Below are positions 18,850 to 31,689 of a DNA stretch of 64,000 nt, one piece after another. The position numbers were made by a program, and so were the translations under genes. The stretch lies in NCBI RefSeq assembly GCF_051903065.1, contig NZ_CP178438.1. One strand, given 5' to 3'. The stretch's first letter is position 1. Each line of letters begins with the position of its first letter. This DNA is from Escherichia coli (GTDB lineage: Bacteria > Pseudomonadota > Gammaproteobacteria > Enterobacterales > Enterobacteriaceae). The notes below the pieces were generated by a model. The model did not search any database, was not told the DNA's origin, and saw only the letters and a program-made list of their open reading frames with translations.

Positions 18850-21381
18850 CTATATAACGGATAGCGTTCTTATGTCATTGCTAGCTGGTGATGCCATAAC
18901 TATCTGTGTTACGTTAGCGCCAGACACCGTATACGTCAGAATTACGTTACCAACGGCTCCTATATTAAAGTTTTGTTTAGCTCCTGAGGTACCTATAGCT
19001 CTGGCATTCGTTAAAGTATACGTGCTTCCCGCAGTGAATCCTGTAGCAATTACAAATTGTTGACCAACTTTAAAAGGAACTGTCATTGTTGCGGATGTTG
19101 ACTCGACAGTAGCAAACGGCAGGCCAGGCTGTTTAACCCCCGTCACATCCCAGAACTCACAGTTACGCACCAATGCTCGACCAATTAAATCGCGAGTTAC
19201 AGGGAATGTTGTCTGGTCCTGTGATAAGAATGCTCCAACAATTTGCACGTTATCGAGCGTAATATCGTGTACTGTGGCCCCATCTATAGGACTTAACGTT
19301 GGTGATGCACTCCATAATTTACCACCCTTCATTTTGATACTTACAGGCCCGTTAGGGTCTGTCCCTCTAAAAGCGCGAATACTCTCAAATTTGCAATCTG
19401 TAAATTCATAGCTGCCGCGTTGGTTAGTTTCGAACAATGTATACGCCTCACCTGACACTCCGTGTCTTACATCACTGGCAACAACGCGCGGATTATGGCG
19501 GAATGATGCAGACGTGACAGAGAAAAATGGCGCGCAGACATCGTTAATAAGAATGTCTGTTGTATAACGCCCTGTAACAGCGCTCTCAGAGTCACTCATA
19601 TCCGAATATAGCGCTTTGAAGCGGGAGAAGTCTATGTTTAGACCTATTCCTGCACTTTTTGGTAATTGTCCAAAATCAAGCCCGTCAATAACAATTTTCT
19701 TAGGGAAATAAAGGGTGTTATCTCGAGCTACAGTTATTAATGTACCCGGATAAGTCAAGACGAAACCTGGATACATTTTAACATCTTTCAAGGTAACATT
19801 ATTGAATAACGTGGGGCTTATAGGCGACCCGCTACTAGGCCCTTGCCCAGCAGTAACAGCTGCGTTTATGATACCATTTCCGGGTGCGCCGCTGCGCAGG
19901 CCAGTTAACTTAATATTCTCCATGTATAAATCACCATCGAAGCCCCCCCCCAGCGTCAGAGCGAGTCGAAATAATATTACCAGGCTTATATGGTGAAGCA
20001 TTAAATATTGAATTGGTTACATACAAATCCCCGATACCAGAAGCGACGACACCATAAGTCCCAATATTACAGTCATTTATCTTTAAGTAGTTTTGGAAAG
20101 GTCTGTGGAAATCAATTCGACTAAGATCGCATCTTTCAAACCTTATATTGGCGCAATTATTGCTGCCTGTTGCCCCCCAGCCTTTACCATTTGCCGTTGC
20201 GTTTTTGATAGTGACATCCATAGAGTTAGATAGGGTTAAGGCGTATGCGTAGCTATCAACACCATCTATTAAGGCGTTTGCTATGGCTGGCGTGTATAAA
20301 CCATCAACTGTAACATCATAGCTTTCGTTAATTTCTATCCTGATATCATTAAAGTTTTGCGTTATCGGTCTGTTAATAAATGTCGTATTAACCAAGCGAA
20401 CTCGTGATGCTTGATTAATATAAATAATTCGATAATTCTTTGTAAGACTTTCGTCTATAGTCAATCCCTTAAGGTCTGCACATCTTTGCGTATTTTAAGT
20501 GCTTTAATTGATGTTGCGTTAGTTCCTAGGGCGTACTTAAGCGGGTTTTCAATGTATCCACGGTTATATACCCTGTTGAAATCTACGCGAGTTTGATTAA
20601 CGCCATCGAAAATAAACATAGGTTGAGATGTCGATAACTGAATGAAGCAACCGTCAAGGTCGGTATTAGAAGCCAAACCATCAAGATAGTTGCTACCTAT
20701 GTCGCGAGAGCCACTGGTGGACGTATTAACTCCATTAACTGGAGCCGAACCAGAACCGTATGTAACAGGGGCGACAGGCTGGCTAATAACAATTTGCCCT
20801 TTCCATGTAGCCGATGGTTTAAGCACACACCCGGTTAAATCCACATTTAAACTTTTAATATCAAGATAAGTATCACCATCTAGTAGAAAAGTTCCGTCAG
20901 ATTGCCTAACGTCTAAATTATTTGAATAAGCATAGTTCAGTGCCTTAGCTATGGCGGGAGCGTCATTTGTTACTCCATCACCAATAGCGCCAAACTCCTT
21001 CAACGTTACCCAGTATTTTACTTTCTCCAAGCTCTTTTGATATTGATCTGGGTCGTACTTCAGCACATTAGGAAAATAGAACTGCTGCGCACCATATGCA
21101 TCATAAACAGCCATAGAGTGGCCTTGCACAGTTACGAACTTGGCAATCTGTCCGTTATATACCGGATATCCAGCAGCGTTAATGATGATTGGTTGTGAAA
21201 CAGGAACGTGAGAACCATCCTCATTCTCCACATAAATCTGAATCTGGTTTTCAGGATTTACCGGGTCAGTGTCAATTTTTCCTATATAAATTTTGCCATT
21301 GGCAACCGCTTTAAAAGAACGTGCCATAGTGAAGAGTTGCGAAGGCATGCTTACCACAACATTTGCGGTGATATCTGTCAT
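18850..21381 (-). pseudogene. P22-like phage tailspike gene broken into three reading-frame segments (306 + 177 + 383 aa)
   Basis: The N-terminal ~120 aa ([34 protein letters not shown]...VLKYDPDQY) is the conserved P22-family tailspike head-binding domain. Downstream segments are beta-helix-like. Frames switch near 20461-20464 and at a G9 run (C9 on + strand, 19943-19951). Confidence 0.7.
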
Positions 21382-21438
21382 TTAATTTGCTCCAGATTCA
21401 AGGAATCGCCGCAGCATGGCTACGGTGAATTTTGTGCA

Positions 21439-21462
21439 TAAAAAACCCAGCCGAAGCTGGGT
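21439..21462 (-). terminator. Candidate rho-independent terminator upstream of the tailspike gene
   Basis: On the minus strand: CCCAGC-TTCG-GCTGGG hairpin followed by TTTTTTAT. Confidence 0.4.
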
Positions 21463-21522
21463 CGTTGCGTTGGTTATCTGTAAGTAGTTATGTGCTTAGG
21501 TAATTTGTATTAGCTCAGACCT

Positions 21523-22690
21523 GATCTGACAGTTACCGGTTATTTATACAGGTATCTGTCAGATTACATCCGGCTTAAATTTTTCTCGGCCCAGATGCGC
21601 TTTCCATCAAGTAACGTTTCCATTGGCGTCCGCCCATTGCGCATTTTTCCCTGATGGGTTCGTTCATTATTATAGTGAGCCAGCCACTCATCAAGATCCG
21701 ATTGCAATGTATCGAGAGCTCCATACAACTTTTTACGGAACGTCACCTGATAAAATTCGTTCAGTATCGTCTTATGGAACCGCTCGCAGATGCCATTTGT
21801 CTGCGGTGACATCGCTTTAGTTTTCGTGTGGTCTATATCATTTATTGCCAGATATAGCTGGTAGTCATGCTGTTCCACCTTACCGCAGTACTCTGTTCCT
21901 CTGTCGGTCAGTATTCTCAGCATTGGCAGGTTTTGCGATTCGTAAAATGGCAACACACGATCATTCAGCAGGTCAGCAGCCGTGATCGGTGTTTTGGTTA
22001 CATACAGTTTACAGTGTGCGACCTTCGAGTAGGTGTCAACGAACGTTTGCTGATAAATGCGTCCGACTCCTTTCAGATTACCCACGTAGAACGTATCCTG
22101 AGAGCCCAGATAACCGGGATGTGCGGTTTCGATTTCACCACACGCTTCGTCATCGCTGGCTTTACGCTCCAGAACGACTATCTGTGCTTCTGTCAGCTCG
22201 ATACCGTCACGGGCTACTTTTTCCTCCAGTGCTTTCAGCCGCTTTTTGAAGTTCTCAAGGTTATGCCGCAGCCAGACAGAACGTACACCCCTTCCTGAGA
22301 TGAAGACACCTTGCTTACGTAGCTCATTGCTGGTCCGGTGCTGGCCATGCGCAGGGTACGCGATGGCATAATCAACAACGGCCCGCTCAGTTGCATCATC
22401 GGTACGATTTTTTAGATTGGGCGTTCGTCGAGTGCGGTTAATCAGTGCATCCACCCCACCTTCATCAGCCAGTTCGCGATAACGGTAAAACGTATCACGC
22501 GAGACGCCCATGATTTTGCAGGCCTTCGAAACATTGCGGAGTTCTTCAGCCAGATTGAGCAAACCGGCTTTGTGTTTGATGACGGGATTGTTAGTATGAA
22601 GCATGAGAGTTACCTCGTGTTTTGTATAAGGATTCGACACCCATATCAAAACCGGTAACTCTCAACCTTTCAAGGCTCAGTGTCAGATCA
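21523..22690 (-). mobile_element. IS481-family insertion sequence (~1.17 kb)
   Basis: Terminal inverted repeats TGATCTGACA at 21523-21532 and, as reverse complement, 22681-22690. Single DDE transposase gene inside. No obvious target-site duplication. Confidence 0.6.
21564..22604 (-). CDS. IS481-family DDE (rve) transposase, ~346 aa
   Basis: N-terminal HTH region plus rve-type catalytic core ending in the IS481-family signature SPQTNGICERFHKTI. Start taken at MLHTNN; the track ORF begins 15 codons upstream at 22649. Confidence 0.75.
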   Translation of the reverse strand: MLHTNNPVIKHKAGLLNLAEELRNVSKACKIMGVSRDTFYRYRELADEGGVDALINRTRRTPNLKNRTDDATERAVVDYAIAYPAHGQHRTSNELRKQGVFISGRGVRSVWLRHNLENFKKRLKALEEKVARDGIELTEAQIVVLERKASDDEACGEIETAHPGYLGSQDTFYVGNLKGVGRIYQQTFVDTYSKVAHCKLYVTKTPITAADLLNDRVLPFYESQNLPMLRILTDRGTEYCGKVEQHDYQLYLAINDIDHTKTKAMSPQTNGICERFHKTILNEFYQVTFRKKLYGALDTLQSDLDEWLAHYNNERTHQGKMRNGRTPMETLLDGKRIWAEKNLSRM

Positions 22691-22755
22691 AGTCGCGACT
22701 AATACATGTACCCGTCATTCAGACGATTCCCGACAGTGTTTCATAATTCCTCCAT

Positions 22756-22773
22756 TTTTCTCCCTTATTGGCT
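22756..22773 (+). promoter_or_regulatory. BaeR-binding box in the mdtA promoter
   Basis: TTTTTCTCCCTTATTGGC matches the BaeR consensus TTTTTCTCCATDATTGGC as I recall it, ~55 bp upstream of the mdtA start and ~65 bp from the IS481-family end. Confidence 0.55.
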
Positions 22774-22825
22774 GGCTACACTAGTATCATTCCGCGAAAC
22801 GTTTCAGGAAGAGAAACTCTTAACG

Positions 22826-24073
22826 ATGAAAGGCAGTTATAAATCCCGTTGGGTAATCGTAATCGTGGTGGTTATCGCCGCCATCGCCGCATTCTGGTTC
22901 TGGCAAGGCCGCAATGACTCCCAGAGTGCAGCCCCAGGGGCGACGAAACAAGCGCAGCAATCGCCAGCGGGTGGTCGCCGTGGTATGCGTTCCGGCCCAT
23001 TAGCCCCGGTTCAGGCGGCGACCGCCGTAGAACAGGCAGTTCCGCGTTACCTTACCGGGCTTGGCACCATTACCGCTGCTAACACCGTTACGGTGCGCAG
23101 CCGCGTAGATGGTCAGTTGATGGCGTTACATTTCCAGGAAGGCCAGCAGGTCAAAGCAGGCGATTTACTGGCAGAAATTGACCCCAGCCAGTTCAAAGTT
23201 GCATTAGCACAAGCCCAGGGCCAACTGGCAAAAGATAAAGCCACGCTTGCCAACGCCCGCCGTGACCTGGCGCGTTATCAACAACTGGTAAAAACCAATC
23301 TCGTATCTCGTCAGGAACTGGATGCCCAACAGGCGCTGGTCAGTGAAACCGAAGGCACCATTAAGGCTGATGAAGCAAGCGTCGCCAGCGCGCAGCTGCA
23401 ACTCGACTGGAGCCGCATCACCGCACCAGTCGATGGTCGCGTTGGTCTCAAGCAGGTTGATGTTGGTAACCAAATCTCCAGTGGTGATACCACCGGGATT
23501 GTGGTGATCACCCAGACGCATCCTATCGATTTGCTCTTTACCCTGCCGGAAAGCGATATCGCTACCGTCGTGCAGGCGCAGAAATCCGGAAAACCGCTGG
23601 TGGTAGAAGCCTGGGATCGCACCAACTCGAAGAAATTAAGTGAAGGCACGCTGTTAAGCCTCGATAACCAAATCGATGCCACAACCGGTACGATTAAAGT
23701 GAAAGCACGCTTTAATAATCAGGATGATGCGCTGTTTCCCAATCAGTTTGTTAACGCGCGCATGTTAGTCGACACCGAACAAAACGCCGTAGTGATCCCA
23801 ACAGCCGCCCTGCAAATGGGCAATGAAGGCCATTTTGTCTGGGTGCTGAATAGCGAAAACAAGGTCAGCAAACATCTGGTGACGCCGGGCATTCAGGACA
23901 GTCAGAAAGTGGTGATCCGCGCAGGTATTTCTGCGGGCGATCGCGTGGTGACAGACGGCATTGATCGCCTGACCGAAGGGGCGAAAGTGGAAGTGGTGGA
24001 AGCCCAGAGCGCCACCACTCCGGAAGAGAAAGCCACCAGCCGCGAATACGCGAAAAAAGGAGCTCGCTCCTGA
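22826..24073 (+). CDS. mdtA: RND multidrug efflux membrane fusion protein MdtA, 415 aa
   Basis: Start taken at MKGSYKSRW (signal-anchor); the track ORF extends 40 codons upstream. Confidence 0.9.
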   Translation: MKGSYKSRWVIVIVVVIAAIAAFWFWQGRNDSQSAAPGATKQAQQSPAGGRRGMRSGPLAPVQAATAVEQAVPRYLTGLGTITAANTVTVRSRVDGQLMALHFQEGQQVKAGDLLAEIDPSQFKVALAQAQGQLAKDKATLANARRDLARYQQLVKTNLVSRQELDAQQALVSETEGTIKADEASVASAQLQLDWSRITAPVDGRVGLKQVDVGNQISSGDTTGIVVITQTHPIDLLFTLPESDIATVVQAQKSGKPLVVEAWDRTNSKKLSEGTLLSLDNQIDATTGTIKVKARFNNQDDALFPNQFVNARMLVDTEQNAVVIPTAALQMGNEGHFVWVLNSENKVSKHLVTPGIQDSQKVVIRAGISAGDRVVTDGIDRLTEGAKVEVVEAQSATTPEEKATSREYAKKGARS

Positions 24074-27000
24074 TGCAGGTGTTACCCCCGAGCAGCACAG
24101 GCGGCCCGTCGCGCCTGTTTATTATGCGTCCTGTGGCCACCACGCTGCTGATGGTGGCGATCTTACTCGCCGGGATTATCGGTTATCGCGCCCTGCCCGT
24201 TTCGGCGCTGCCGGAAGTGGACTATCCGACCATTCAGGTGGTCACGCTCTACCCAGGTGCGAGCCCGGATGTCATGACCTCTGCCGTTACCGCGCCGCTC
24301 GAACGCCAGTTCGGGCAGATGTCTGGCCTGAAACAGATGTCGTCGCAAAGTTCCGGCGGTGCGTCAGTTATCACCTTACAGTTCCAGCTAACATTACCGC
24401 TGGATGTCGCCGAGCAGGAAGTGCAGGCCGCGATTAACGCTGCGACCAACTTGTTGCCGAGCGATCTGCCTAACCCGCCGGTTTACAGCAAAGTGAACCC
24501 GGCAGATCCGCCGATCATGACGCTCGCCGTCACCTCAACCGCCATGCCGATGACGCAAGTGGAAGATATGGTGGAAACCCGCGTCGCGCAGAAAATCTCG
24601 CAGATTTCCGGTGTCGGTCTGGTGACGCTTTCCGGCGGCCAGCGTCCGGCTGTTCGCGTCAAACTTAACGCTCAGGCGATTGCCGCCCTCGGCCTGACCA
24701 GCGAAACCGTGCGAACCGCCATTACCGGCGCTAACGTTAACTCGGCAAAAGGTAGCCTCGACGGCCCTTCCCGTGCGGTCACGCTTTCCGCTAACGACCA
24801 GATGCAATCCGCCGAAGAGTATCGCCAGCTAATCATCGCCTACCAGAACGGCGCGCCGATTCGTCTGGGCGATGTCGCAACTGTAGAGCAAGGTGCAGAA
24901 AACAGCTGGCTCGGCGCGTGGGCGAACAAAGAACAGGCCATTGTGATGAATGTTCAGCGCCAGCCCGGTGCTAACATTATCTCCACCGCCGACAGCATCC
25001 GGCAGATGCTGCCACAGCTCACCGAGAGTTTGCCGAAATCGGTGAAGGTGACGGTACTTTCTGACCGTACCACCAATATCCGCGCATCCGTCGACGATAC
25101 CCAGTTTGAGCTGATGATGGCTATCGCGCTGGTAGTCATGATTATCTACCTGTTTTTGCGCAATATTCCGGCGACCATCATTCCCGGTGTTGCCGTGCCG
25201 CTGTCGTTAATCGGCACTTTTGCGGTTATGGTGTTTCTCGATTTTTCAATCAATAACCTGACGCTGATGGCGTTAACTATCGCCACCGGGTTCGTGGTCG
25301 ATGACGCCATCGTGGTGATCGAAAATATTTCCCGCTATATCGAAAAAGGCGAAAAACCGTTGGCGGCGGCGCTCAAGGGCGCAGGTGAAATCGGCTTTAC
25401 CATTATCTCGCTGACCTTCTCACTGATTGCGGTGTTGATCCCACTGCTGTTTATGGGCGATATCGTCGGGCGACTGTTCCGCGAATTTGCTATTACCCTG
25501 GCGGTAGCGATTTTGATCTCAGCGGTGGTGTCGCTGACCCTGACACCGATGATGTGCGCGCGGATGCTCAGCCAGGAGTCGCTGCGTAAACAGAACCGCT
25601 TCTCCCGTGCCTCGGAGAAAATGTTCGACAGGATAATCGCCGCCTATGGACGTGGACTGGCGAAAGTGCTGAATCATCCGTGGCTGACCTTAAGCGTGGC
25701 GCTCAGCACGCTGCTGCTTAGCGTTCTATTGTGGGTGTTCATTCCGAAAGGTTTCTTCCCGGTACAGGACAACGGCATTATTCAGGGCACTTTGCAGGCA
25801 CCGCAATCCAGCTCCTTTACCAATATGGCCCAGCGGCAACGCCAGGTCGCGGACGTGATTTTGCAGGATCCGGCAGTGCAAAGTCTGACCTCATTTGTTG
25901 GCGTTGATGGCACTAACCCGTCGCTGAACAGTGCGCGTTTACAGATCAACCTCAAACCGCTGGATGAACGTGATGATCGGGTGCAAAAAGTCATCGCCCG
26001 TCTGCAAACGGCGGTGGATAAAGTGCCGGGCGTCGATCTCTTCCTGCAACCAACGCAGGACCTGACCATCGATACTCAGGTCAGCCGCACCCAGTACCAG
26101 TTTACCTTGCAGGCCACGTCACTGGATGCGCTCAGTACCTGGGTGCCACAGTTGATGGAAAAACTCCAGCAGCTGCCACAGCTATCTGATGTCTCCAGCG
26201 ACTGGCAGGACAAAGGGCTGGTGGCGTATGTCAATGTTGATCGCGACAGCGCCAGCCGTCTGGGGATCAGCATGGCGGACGTCGATAACGCCCTGTACAA
26301 CGCGTTTGGTCAGCGGCTGATTTCCACTATTTATACTCAGGCTAACCAGTATCGCGTGGTGCTGGAGCACAACACCGAAAATACCCCAGGGCTTGCGGCG
26401 CTGGATACCATTCGCCTTACCAGCAGCGACGGCGGCGTGGTGCCGTTAAGCTCAATTGCCAAAGTTGAACAGCGTTTTGCGCCGCTTTCCATCAACCATC
26501 TGGATCAGTTCCCGGTAACGACCATCTCTTTTAACGTGCCAGATAACTATTCGCTGGGCGATGCGGTGCAGGCGATTATGGACACCGAAAAGACGCTGAA
26601 TCTGCCGGTGGATATCACCACGCAGTTCCAGGGCAGCACCCTCGCCTTCCAGTCGGCGCTGGGCAGCACTGTCTGGCTGATTGTCGCGGCGGTGGTGGCG
26701 ATGTATATCGTGCTCGGCATTCTGTACGAGAGCTTTATTCACCCGATCACCATTCTCTCGACGCTACCCACCGCAGGGGTCGGCGCGCTGCTGGCGTTAA
26801 TGATTGCCGGTAGCGAACTGGATGTGATTGCGATTATCGGCATTATTTTGCTGATCGGTATCGTGAAGAAGAACGCCATCATGATGATCGACTTCGCGCT
26901 GGCTGCTGAGCGCGAGCAAGGCATGTCGCCGCGCGAAGCTATTTACCAGGCTTGTCTGTTGCGTTTTCGTCCGATCCTGATGACCACCCTGGCGGCTCTG

Positions 27001-27195
27001 CTTGGCGCGCTGCCGCTGATGTTGAGTACCGGGGTCGGCGCGGAACTGCGTCGTCCGTTAGGTATCGGCATGGTCGGCGGCCTGATTGTCAGCCAGGTGC
27101 TGACGCTGTTTACCACGCCGGTGATTTATTTGCTGTTCGACCGCCTGGCATTGTGGACCAAAAGCTGCTTTGCCCGTCATGAAGAGGAGGCGTAA
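24073..27195 (+). CDS. mdtB: RND efflux transporter MdtB, 1040 aa
   Basis: 1040-aa 12-TM RND permease; start overlaps the mdtA stop. Confidence 0.9.
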   Translation: MQVLPPSSTGGPSRLFIMRPVATTLLMVAILLAGIIGYRALPVSALPEVDYPTIQVVTLYPGASPDVMTSAVTAPLERQFGQMSGLKQMSSQSSGGASVITLQFQLTLPLDVAEQEVQAAINAATNLLPSDLPNPPVYSKVNPADPPIMTLAVTSTAMPMTQVEDMVETRVAQKISQISGVGLVTLSGGQRPAVRVKLNAQAIAALGLTSETVRTAITGANVNSAKGSLDGPSRAVTLSANDQMQSAEEYRQLIIAYQNGAPIRLGDVATVEQGAENSWLGAWANKEQAIVMNVQRQPGANIISTADSIRQMLPQLTESLPKSVKVTVLSDRTTNIRASVDDTQFELMMAIALVVMIIYLFLRNIPATIIPGVAVPLSLIGTFAVMVFLDFSINNLTLMALTIATGFVVDDAIVVIENISRYIEKGEKPLAAALKGAGEIGFTIISLTFSLIAVLIPLLFMGDIVGRLFREFAITLAVAILISAVVSLTLTPMMCARMLSQESLRKQNRFSRASEKMFDRIIAAYGRGLAKVLNHPWLTLSVALSTLLLSVLLWVFIPKGFFPVQDNGIIQGTLQAPQSSSFTNMAQRQRQVADVILQDPAVQSLTSFVGVDGTNPSLNSARLQINLKPLDERDDRVQKVIARLQTAVDKVPGVDLFLQPTQDLTIDTQVSRTQYQFTLQATSLDALSTWVPQLMEKLQQLPQLSDVSSDWQDKGLVAYVNVDRDSASRLGISMADVDNALYNAFGQRLISTIYTQANQYRVVLEHNTENTPGLAALDTIRLTSSDGGVVPLSSIAKVEQRFAPLSINHLDQFPVTTISFNVPDNYSLGDAVQAIMDTEKTLNLPVDITTQFQGSTLAFQSALGSTVWLIVAAVVAMYIVLGILYESFIHPITILSTLPTAGVGALLALMIAGSELDVIAIIGIILLIGIVKKNAIMMIDFALAAEREQGMSPREAIYQACLLRFRPILMTTLAALLGALPLMLSTGVGAELRRPLGIGMVGGLIVSQVLTLFTTPVIYLLFDRLALWTKSCFARHEEEA

Positions 27196-30100
27196 GTGAA
27201 GTTTTTTGCCCTCTTCATTTACCGCCCGGTGGCGACGATTTTACTGTCGGTTGCCATTACCCTGTGCGGCATACTGGGTTTCCGTATGCTGCCGGTCGCC
27301 CCGCTGCCGCAGGTCGATTTTCCGGTGATTATGGTCAGCGCCTCGCTGCCCGGTGCGTCGCCGGAGACAATGGCGTCTTCCGTTGCCACGCCGCTGGAGC
27401 GTTCACTTGGGCGCATTGCCGGGGTCAGTGAAATGACCTCCAGCAGTTCGCTCGGCAGCACGCGTATTATTTTGCAGTTTGATTTTGACCGGGATATCAA
27501 CGGCGCAGCGCGTGATGTGCAGGCGGCGATCAACGCTGCACAAAGTTTGCTGCCCAGTGGGATGCCCAGCCGTCCGACCTATCGCAAAGCGAACCCGTCG
27601 GATGCGCCAATTATGATCCTCACGCTGACATCCGATACTTATTCGCAGGGTGAACTGTACGATTTCGCCTCGACGCAGCTGGCTCCGACGATTTCGCAAA
27701 TCGACGGTGTCGGTGATGTCGATGTCGGCGGCAGCTCGCTGCCCGCCGTGCGCGTCGGGCTGAACCCGCAGGCGCTGTTTAATCAGGGCGTGTCGCTGGA
27801 TGACGTACGCACTGCCATCAGCAATGCCAACGTGCGTAAACCGCAGGGGGCGCTGGAAGATGGCACTCACCGCTGGCAGATCCAGACCAACGATGAACTG
27901 AAAACCGCCGCTGAATATCAGCCGCTGATTATTCACTACAACAACGGCGGCGCGGTTCGTCTGGGCGATGTGGCGACGGTGACCGACTCAGTGCAGGATG
28001 TGCGCAACGCCGGGATGACCAACGCCAAACCGGCTATTTTGCTGATGATCCGCAAGCTGCCGGAAGCCAATATTATCCAGACGGTTGACAGCATCCGGGC
28101 AAAATTACCGGAGTTGCAGGAGACCATTCCGGCGGCGATTGATCTGCAAATTGCTCAGGATCGCTCCCCCACCATTCGCGCCTCGCTGGAAGAAGTCGAG
28201 CAAACGCTGATTATCTCGGTGGCGCTGGTGATTCTGGTGGTGTTTTTATTCCTGCGCTCGGGTCGCGCCACTATTATTCCCGCCGTTGCGGTGCCGGTTT
28301 CGCTGATTGGTACGTTTGCGGCGATGTACCTGTGCGGATTCAGTCTCAATAACCTGTCGTTAATGGCGCTCACCATCGCCACAGGCTTTGTGGTGGATGA
28401 CGCCATCGTGGTGCTGGAAAACATTGCCCGTCATCTGGAAGCGGGGATGAAACCACTACAGGCCGCGCTACAAGGTACTCGCGAAGTCGGTTTTACGGTG
28501 CTGTCGATGAGTCTGTCACTGGTGGCGGTGTTCCTGCCGCTGCTGTTGGTGGGCGGATTGCCGGGCCGACTGTTACGCGAGTTTGCCGTGACGCTTTCTG
28601 TCGCCATTGGTATTTCGTTGCTGGTTTCCCTGACGCTAACGCCGATGATGTGTGGCTGGATGCTGAAAGCCAGCAAGCCGCGCGAGCAAAAGCGACTACG
28701 TGGTTTTGGTCGCATGTTGGTAGCCCTGCAACAAGGCTACGGCAAGTCACTGAAATGGGTGCTCAATCATACCCGTCTGGTGGGCGTGGTGCTGCTTGGC
28801 ACCATTGCGCTGAATATCTGGCTATATATCTCGATCCCGAAAACCTTCTTCCCGGAGCAGGACACTGGCGTGTTGATGGGCGGGATTCAGGCGGATCAGA
28901 GTATTTCGTTTCAGGCGATGCGCGGTAAGTTGCAGGATTTTATGAAAATTATCCGTGACGATCCGGCAGTGGATAATGTCACCGGCTTTACCGGCGGTTC
29001 ACGAGTTAACAGTGGGATGATGTTTATCACTCTGAAGCCACGCGACGAACGCAGCGAAACGGCGCAGCAAATTATCGACCGTCTGCGGGTGAAGCTGGCG
29101 AAAGAACCGGGGGCGAATCTGTTCCTGATGGCGGTACAGGATATTCGCGTTGGCGGACGTCAGTCGAACGCCAGTTATCAGTACACGTTGTTATCCGACG
29201 ACCTGGCGGCACTGCGCGAATGGGAGCCAAAAATCCGCAAAAAACTGGCGACGTTGCCGGAACTGGCGGACGTGAACTCCGATCAGCAGGATAACGGCGC
29301 GGAGATGAATCTGGTTTACGATCGCGACACCATGGCACGGCTGGGAATCGACGTACAGGCCGCCAACAGCCTGTTAAATAACGCCTTCGGTCAGCGGCAA
29401 ATCTCGACCATTTACCAGCCGATGAACCAGTACAAAGTGGTGATGGAAGTGGATCCGCGCTATACCCAGGACATCAGTGCGCTGGAAAAAATGTTCGTCA
29501 TTAATAACGAAGGCAAAGCGATCCCGCTGTCGTATTTCGCTAAATGGCAACCGGCGAATGCCCCGCTGTCAGTGAATCATCAGGGATTATCGGCGGCCTC
29601 GACCATCTCGTTCAACCTGCCGACCGGAAAATCGCTCTCAGACGCCAGCGCGGCAATCGATCGCGCAATGACCCAGCTTGGCGTGCCTTCCACCGTGCGC
29701 GGCAGTTTTGCCGGAACGGCGCAGGTGTTCCAAGAGACGATGAACTCGCAGGTGATCCTGATTATCGCCGCCATCGCCACGGTGTATATCGTGCTGGGTA
29801 TCCTTTACGAGAGTTACGTGCATCCGCTGACGATCCTCTCCACCCTGCCCTCGGCGGGCGTTGGAGCGCTGCTGGCGCTGGAGCTGTTCAATGCCCCGTT
29901 CAGCCTAATCGCCCTGATAGGGATTATGTTATTAATCGGCATCGTGAAGAAAAACGCCATTATGATGGTCGATTTTGCGCTCGAAGCCCAACGGCACGGT
30001 AACCTGACGCCGCAGGAAGCTATTTTCCAGGCCTGTCTGCTGCGTTTTCGCCCGATTATGATGACTACCCTGGCGGCGCTGTTTGGCGCGCTGCCGCTGG

Positions 30101-30273
30101 TATTGTCGGGCGGCGACGGCTCGGAGCTGCGGCAACCCCTGGGGATCACCATTGTCGGCGGTCTGGTGATGAGCCAGCTCCTGACGCTGTATACCACGCC
30201 GGTGGTGTATCTCTTTTTCGACCGTCTACGGCTGCGTTTTTCGCGTAAACCTAAACAAACGGTAACCGAATAA
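27196..30273 (+). CDS. mdtC: RND efflux transporter MdtC, 1025 aa
   Basis: Second RND permease, paralogous to MdtB, immediately adjacent. Confidence 0.9.
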   Translation: MKFFALFIYRPVATILLSVAITLCGILGFRMLPVAPLPQVDFPVIMVSASLPGASPETMASSVATPLERSLGRIAGVSEMTSSSSLGSTRIILQFDFDRDINGAARDVQAAINAAQSLLPSGMPSRPTYRKANPSDAPIMILTLTSDTYSQGELYDFASTQLAPTISQIDGVGDVDVGGSSLPAVRVGLNPQALFNQGVSLDDVRTAISNANVRKPQGALEDGTHRWQIQTNDELKTAAEYQPLIIHYNNGGAVRLGDVATVTDSVQDVRNAGMTNAKPAILLMIRKLPEANIIQTVDSIRAKLPELQETIPAAIDLQIAQDRSPTIRASLEEVEQTLIISVALVILVVFLFLRSGRATIIPAVAVPVSLIGTFAAMYLCGFSLNNLSLMALTIATGFVVDDAIVVLENIARHLEAGMKPLQAALQGTREVGFTVLSMSLSLVAVFLPLLLVGGLPGRLLREFAVTLSVAIGISLLVSLTLTPMMCGWMLKASKPREQKRLRGFGRMLVALQQGYGKSLKWVLNHTRLVGVVLLGTIALNIWLYISIPKTFFPEQDTGVLMGGIQADQSISFQAMRGKLQDFMKIIRDDPAVDNVTGFTGGSRVNSGMMFITLKPRDERSETAQQIIDRLRVKLAKEPGANLFLMAVQDIRVGGRQSNASYQYTLLSDDLAALREWEPKIRKKLATLPELADVNSDQQDNGAEMNLVYDRDTMARLGIDVQAANSLLNNAFGQRQISTIYQPMNQYKVVMEVDPRYTQDISALEKMFVINNEGKAIPLSYFAKWQPANAPLSVNHQGLSAASTISFNLPTGKSLSDASAAIDRAMTQLGVPSTVRGSFAGTAQVFQETMNSQVILIIAAIATVYIVLGILYESYVHPLTILSTLPSAGVGALLALELFNAPFSLIALIGIMLLIGIVKKNAIMMVDFALEAQRHGNLTPQEAIFQACLLRFRPIMMTTLAALFGALPLVLSGGDGSELRQPLGITIVGGLVMSQLLTLYTTPVVYLFFDRLRLRFSRKPKQTVTE

Positions 30274-31689
30274 ATGACAGAGCTTCCCGACAGCACCCGC
30301 TGGCAATTGTGGATTGTGGCTTTCGGCTTCTTTATGCAGTCGCTGGACACCACTATCGTTAACACCGCACTCCCCTCAATGGCGCAAAGCCTGGGGGAAA
30401 GCCCGCTGCATATGCACATGGTCATCGTCTCTTATGTGCTGACCGTGGCGGTGATGCTGCCCGCCAGCGGCTGGCTGGCGGACAAAATCGGCGTGCGCAA
30501 TATTTTCTTTACCGCTATTGTGCTGTTTACCCTCGGTTCACTGTTCTGCGCGCTTTCCGGCACGCTGAACGAACTGTTGCTGGCACGCGCGTTACAGGGC
30601 GTTGGCGGCGCGATGATGGTGCCGGTCGGCAGATTGACAGTGATGAAAATCGTACCGCGCGAGCAATATATGGCGGCGATGACCTTTGTCACGTTACCCG
30701 GTCAGGTCGGTCCGCTGCTCGGTCCGGCGCTCGGCGGCCTGCTGGTGGAGTACGCGTCGTGGCACTGGATCTTTTTGATCAACATTCCGGTGGGAATTAT
30801 CGGCGCGATCGCCACACTGATGTTAATGCCGAACTACACCATGCAGACGCGGCGCTTCGATCTCTCCGGCTTTTTATTGCTGGCGGTTGGCATGGCGGTA
30901 TTAACCCTGGCGCTGGACGGCAGTAAAGGTACAGGTTTATCGCCGCTAACCATCTCCGTGCTGGTAGCGGTTGGCGTGGTGGCACTGGTGCTTTATCTGC
31001 TACACGCCAGAAATAACCACCGCGCTCTTTTCAGTCTGAAACTGTTCCGCACTCGTACCTTTTCGCTGGGCCTGGCGGGGAGCTTTGCCGGACGTATCGG
31101 TAGCGGCATGTTGCCCTTTATGACGCCGGTTTTCCTGCAAATTGGCCTTGGCTTCTCACCGTTTCATGCCGGACTGATGATGATCCCGATGGTGCTTGGC
31201 AGCATGGGAATGAAGCGAATTGTGGTACAGGTGGTGAATCGCTTTGGTTATCGTCGGGTACTGGTAGCGACCACGCTGGGTCTGTCGCTGGTCACCCTGT
31301 TGTTTATGACTACCGCTCTGTTGGGCTGGTACTACGTTTTGCCGTTCGTCCTGTTTTTACAAGGGATGGTCAACTCGACCCGTTTCTCCTCCATGAACAC
31401 CCTGACGCTGAAAGATCTCCCGGACAACCTGGCGAGCAGCGGCAACAGTCTGCTGTCGATGATTATGCAATTGTCGATGAGTATCGGCGTCACCATCGCC
31501 GGGCTGTTGCTGGGACTTTTTGGTTCGCAGCATGTCAGCGTCGACAGCGGCACCACACAAACCGTCTTTATGTACACCTGGCTTAGCATGGCGTTTATCA
31601 TCGCCCTTCCGGCGTTCATCTTTGCCAGAGTGCCGAACGATACGCATCAAAATGTAGCTATTTCGCGGCGAAAAAGGAGCGCGCAATGA
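30274..31689 (+). CDS. mdtD: MFS transporter MdtD, 471 aa
   Basis: 14-TM MFS-type protein following mdtC. Confidence 0.85.
   Translation: MTELPDSTRWQLWIVAFGFFMQSLDTTIVNTALPSMAQSLGESPLHMHMVIVSYVLTVAVMLPASGWLADKIGVRNIFFTAIVLFTLGSLFCALSGTLNELLLARALQGVGGAMMVPVGRLTVMKIVPREQYMAAMTFVTLPGQVGPLLGPALGGLLVEYASWHWIFLINIPVGIIGAIATLMLMPNYTMQTRRFDLSGFLLLAVGMAVLTLALDGSKGTGLSPLTISVLVAVGVVALVLYLLHARNNHRALFSLKLFRTRTFSLGLAGSFAGRIGSGMLPFMTPVFLQIGLGFSPFHAGLMMIPMVLGSMGMKRIVVQVVNRFGYRRVLVATTLGLSLVTLLFMTTALLGWYYVLPFVLFLQGMVNSTRFSSMNTLTLKDLPDNLASSGNSLLSMIMQLSMSIGVTIAGLLLGLFGSQHVSVDSGTTQTVFMYTWLSMAFIIALPAFIFARVPNDTHQNVAISRRKRSAQ

Noticed and set aside
21867-22298. 143-aa plus-strand ORF inside the IS481-family element
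   Set aside because: Antisense to the transposase gene, which has a clear DDE/rve signature.
24163-30425. Many 60-200 aa ORFs on both strands inside mdtB/mdtC/mdtD
   Set aside because: All are nested in or antisense to long RND/MFS transporter genes; they are typical spurious frames of GC-rich coding DNA with no independent start signals.
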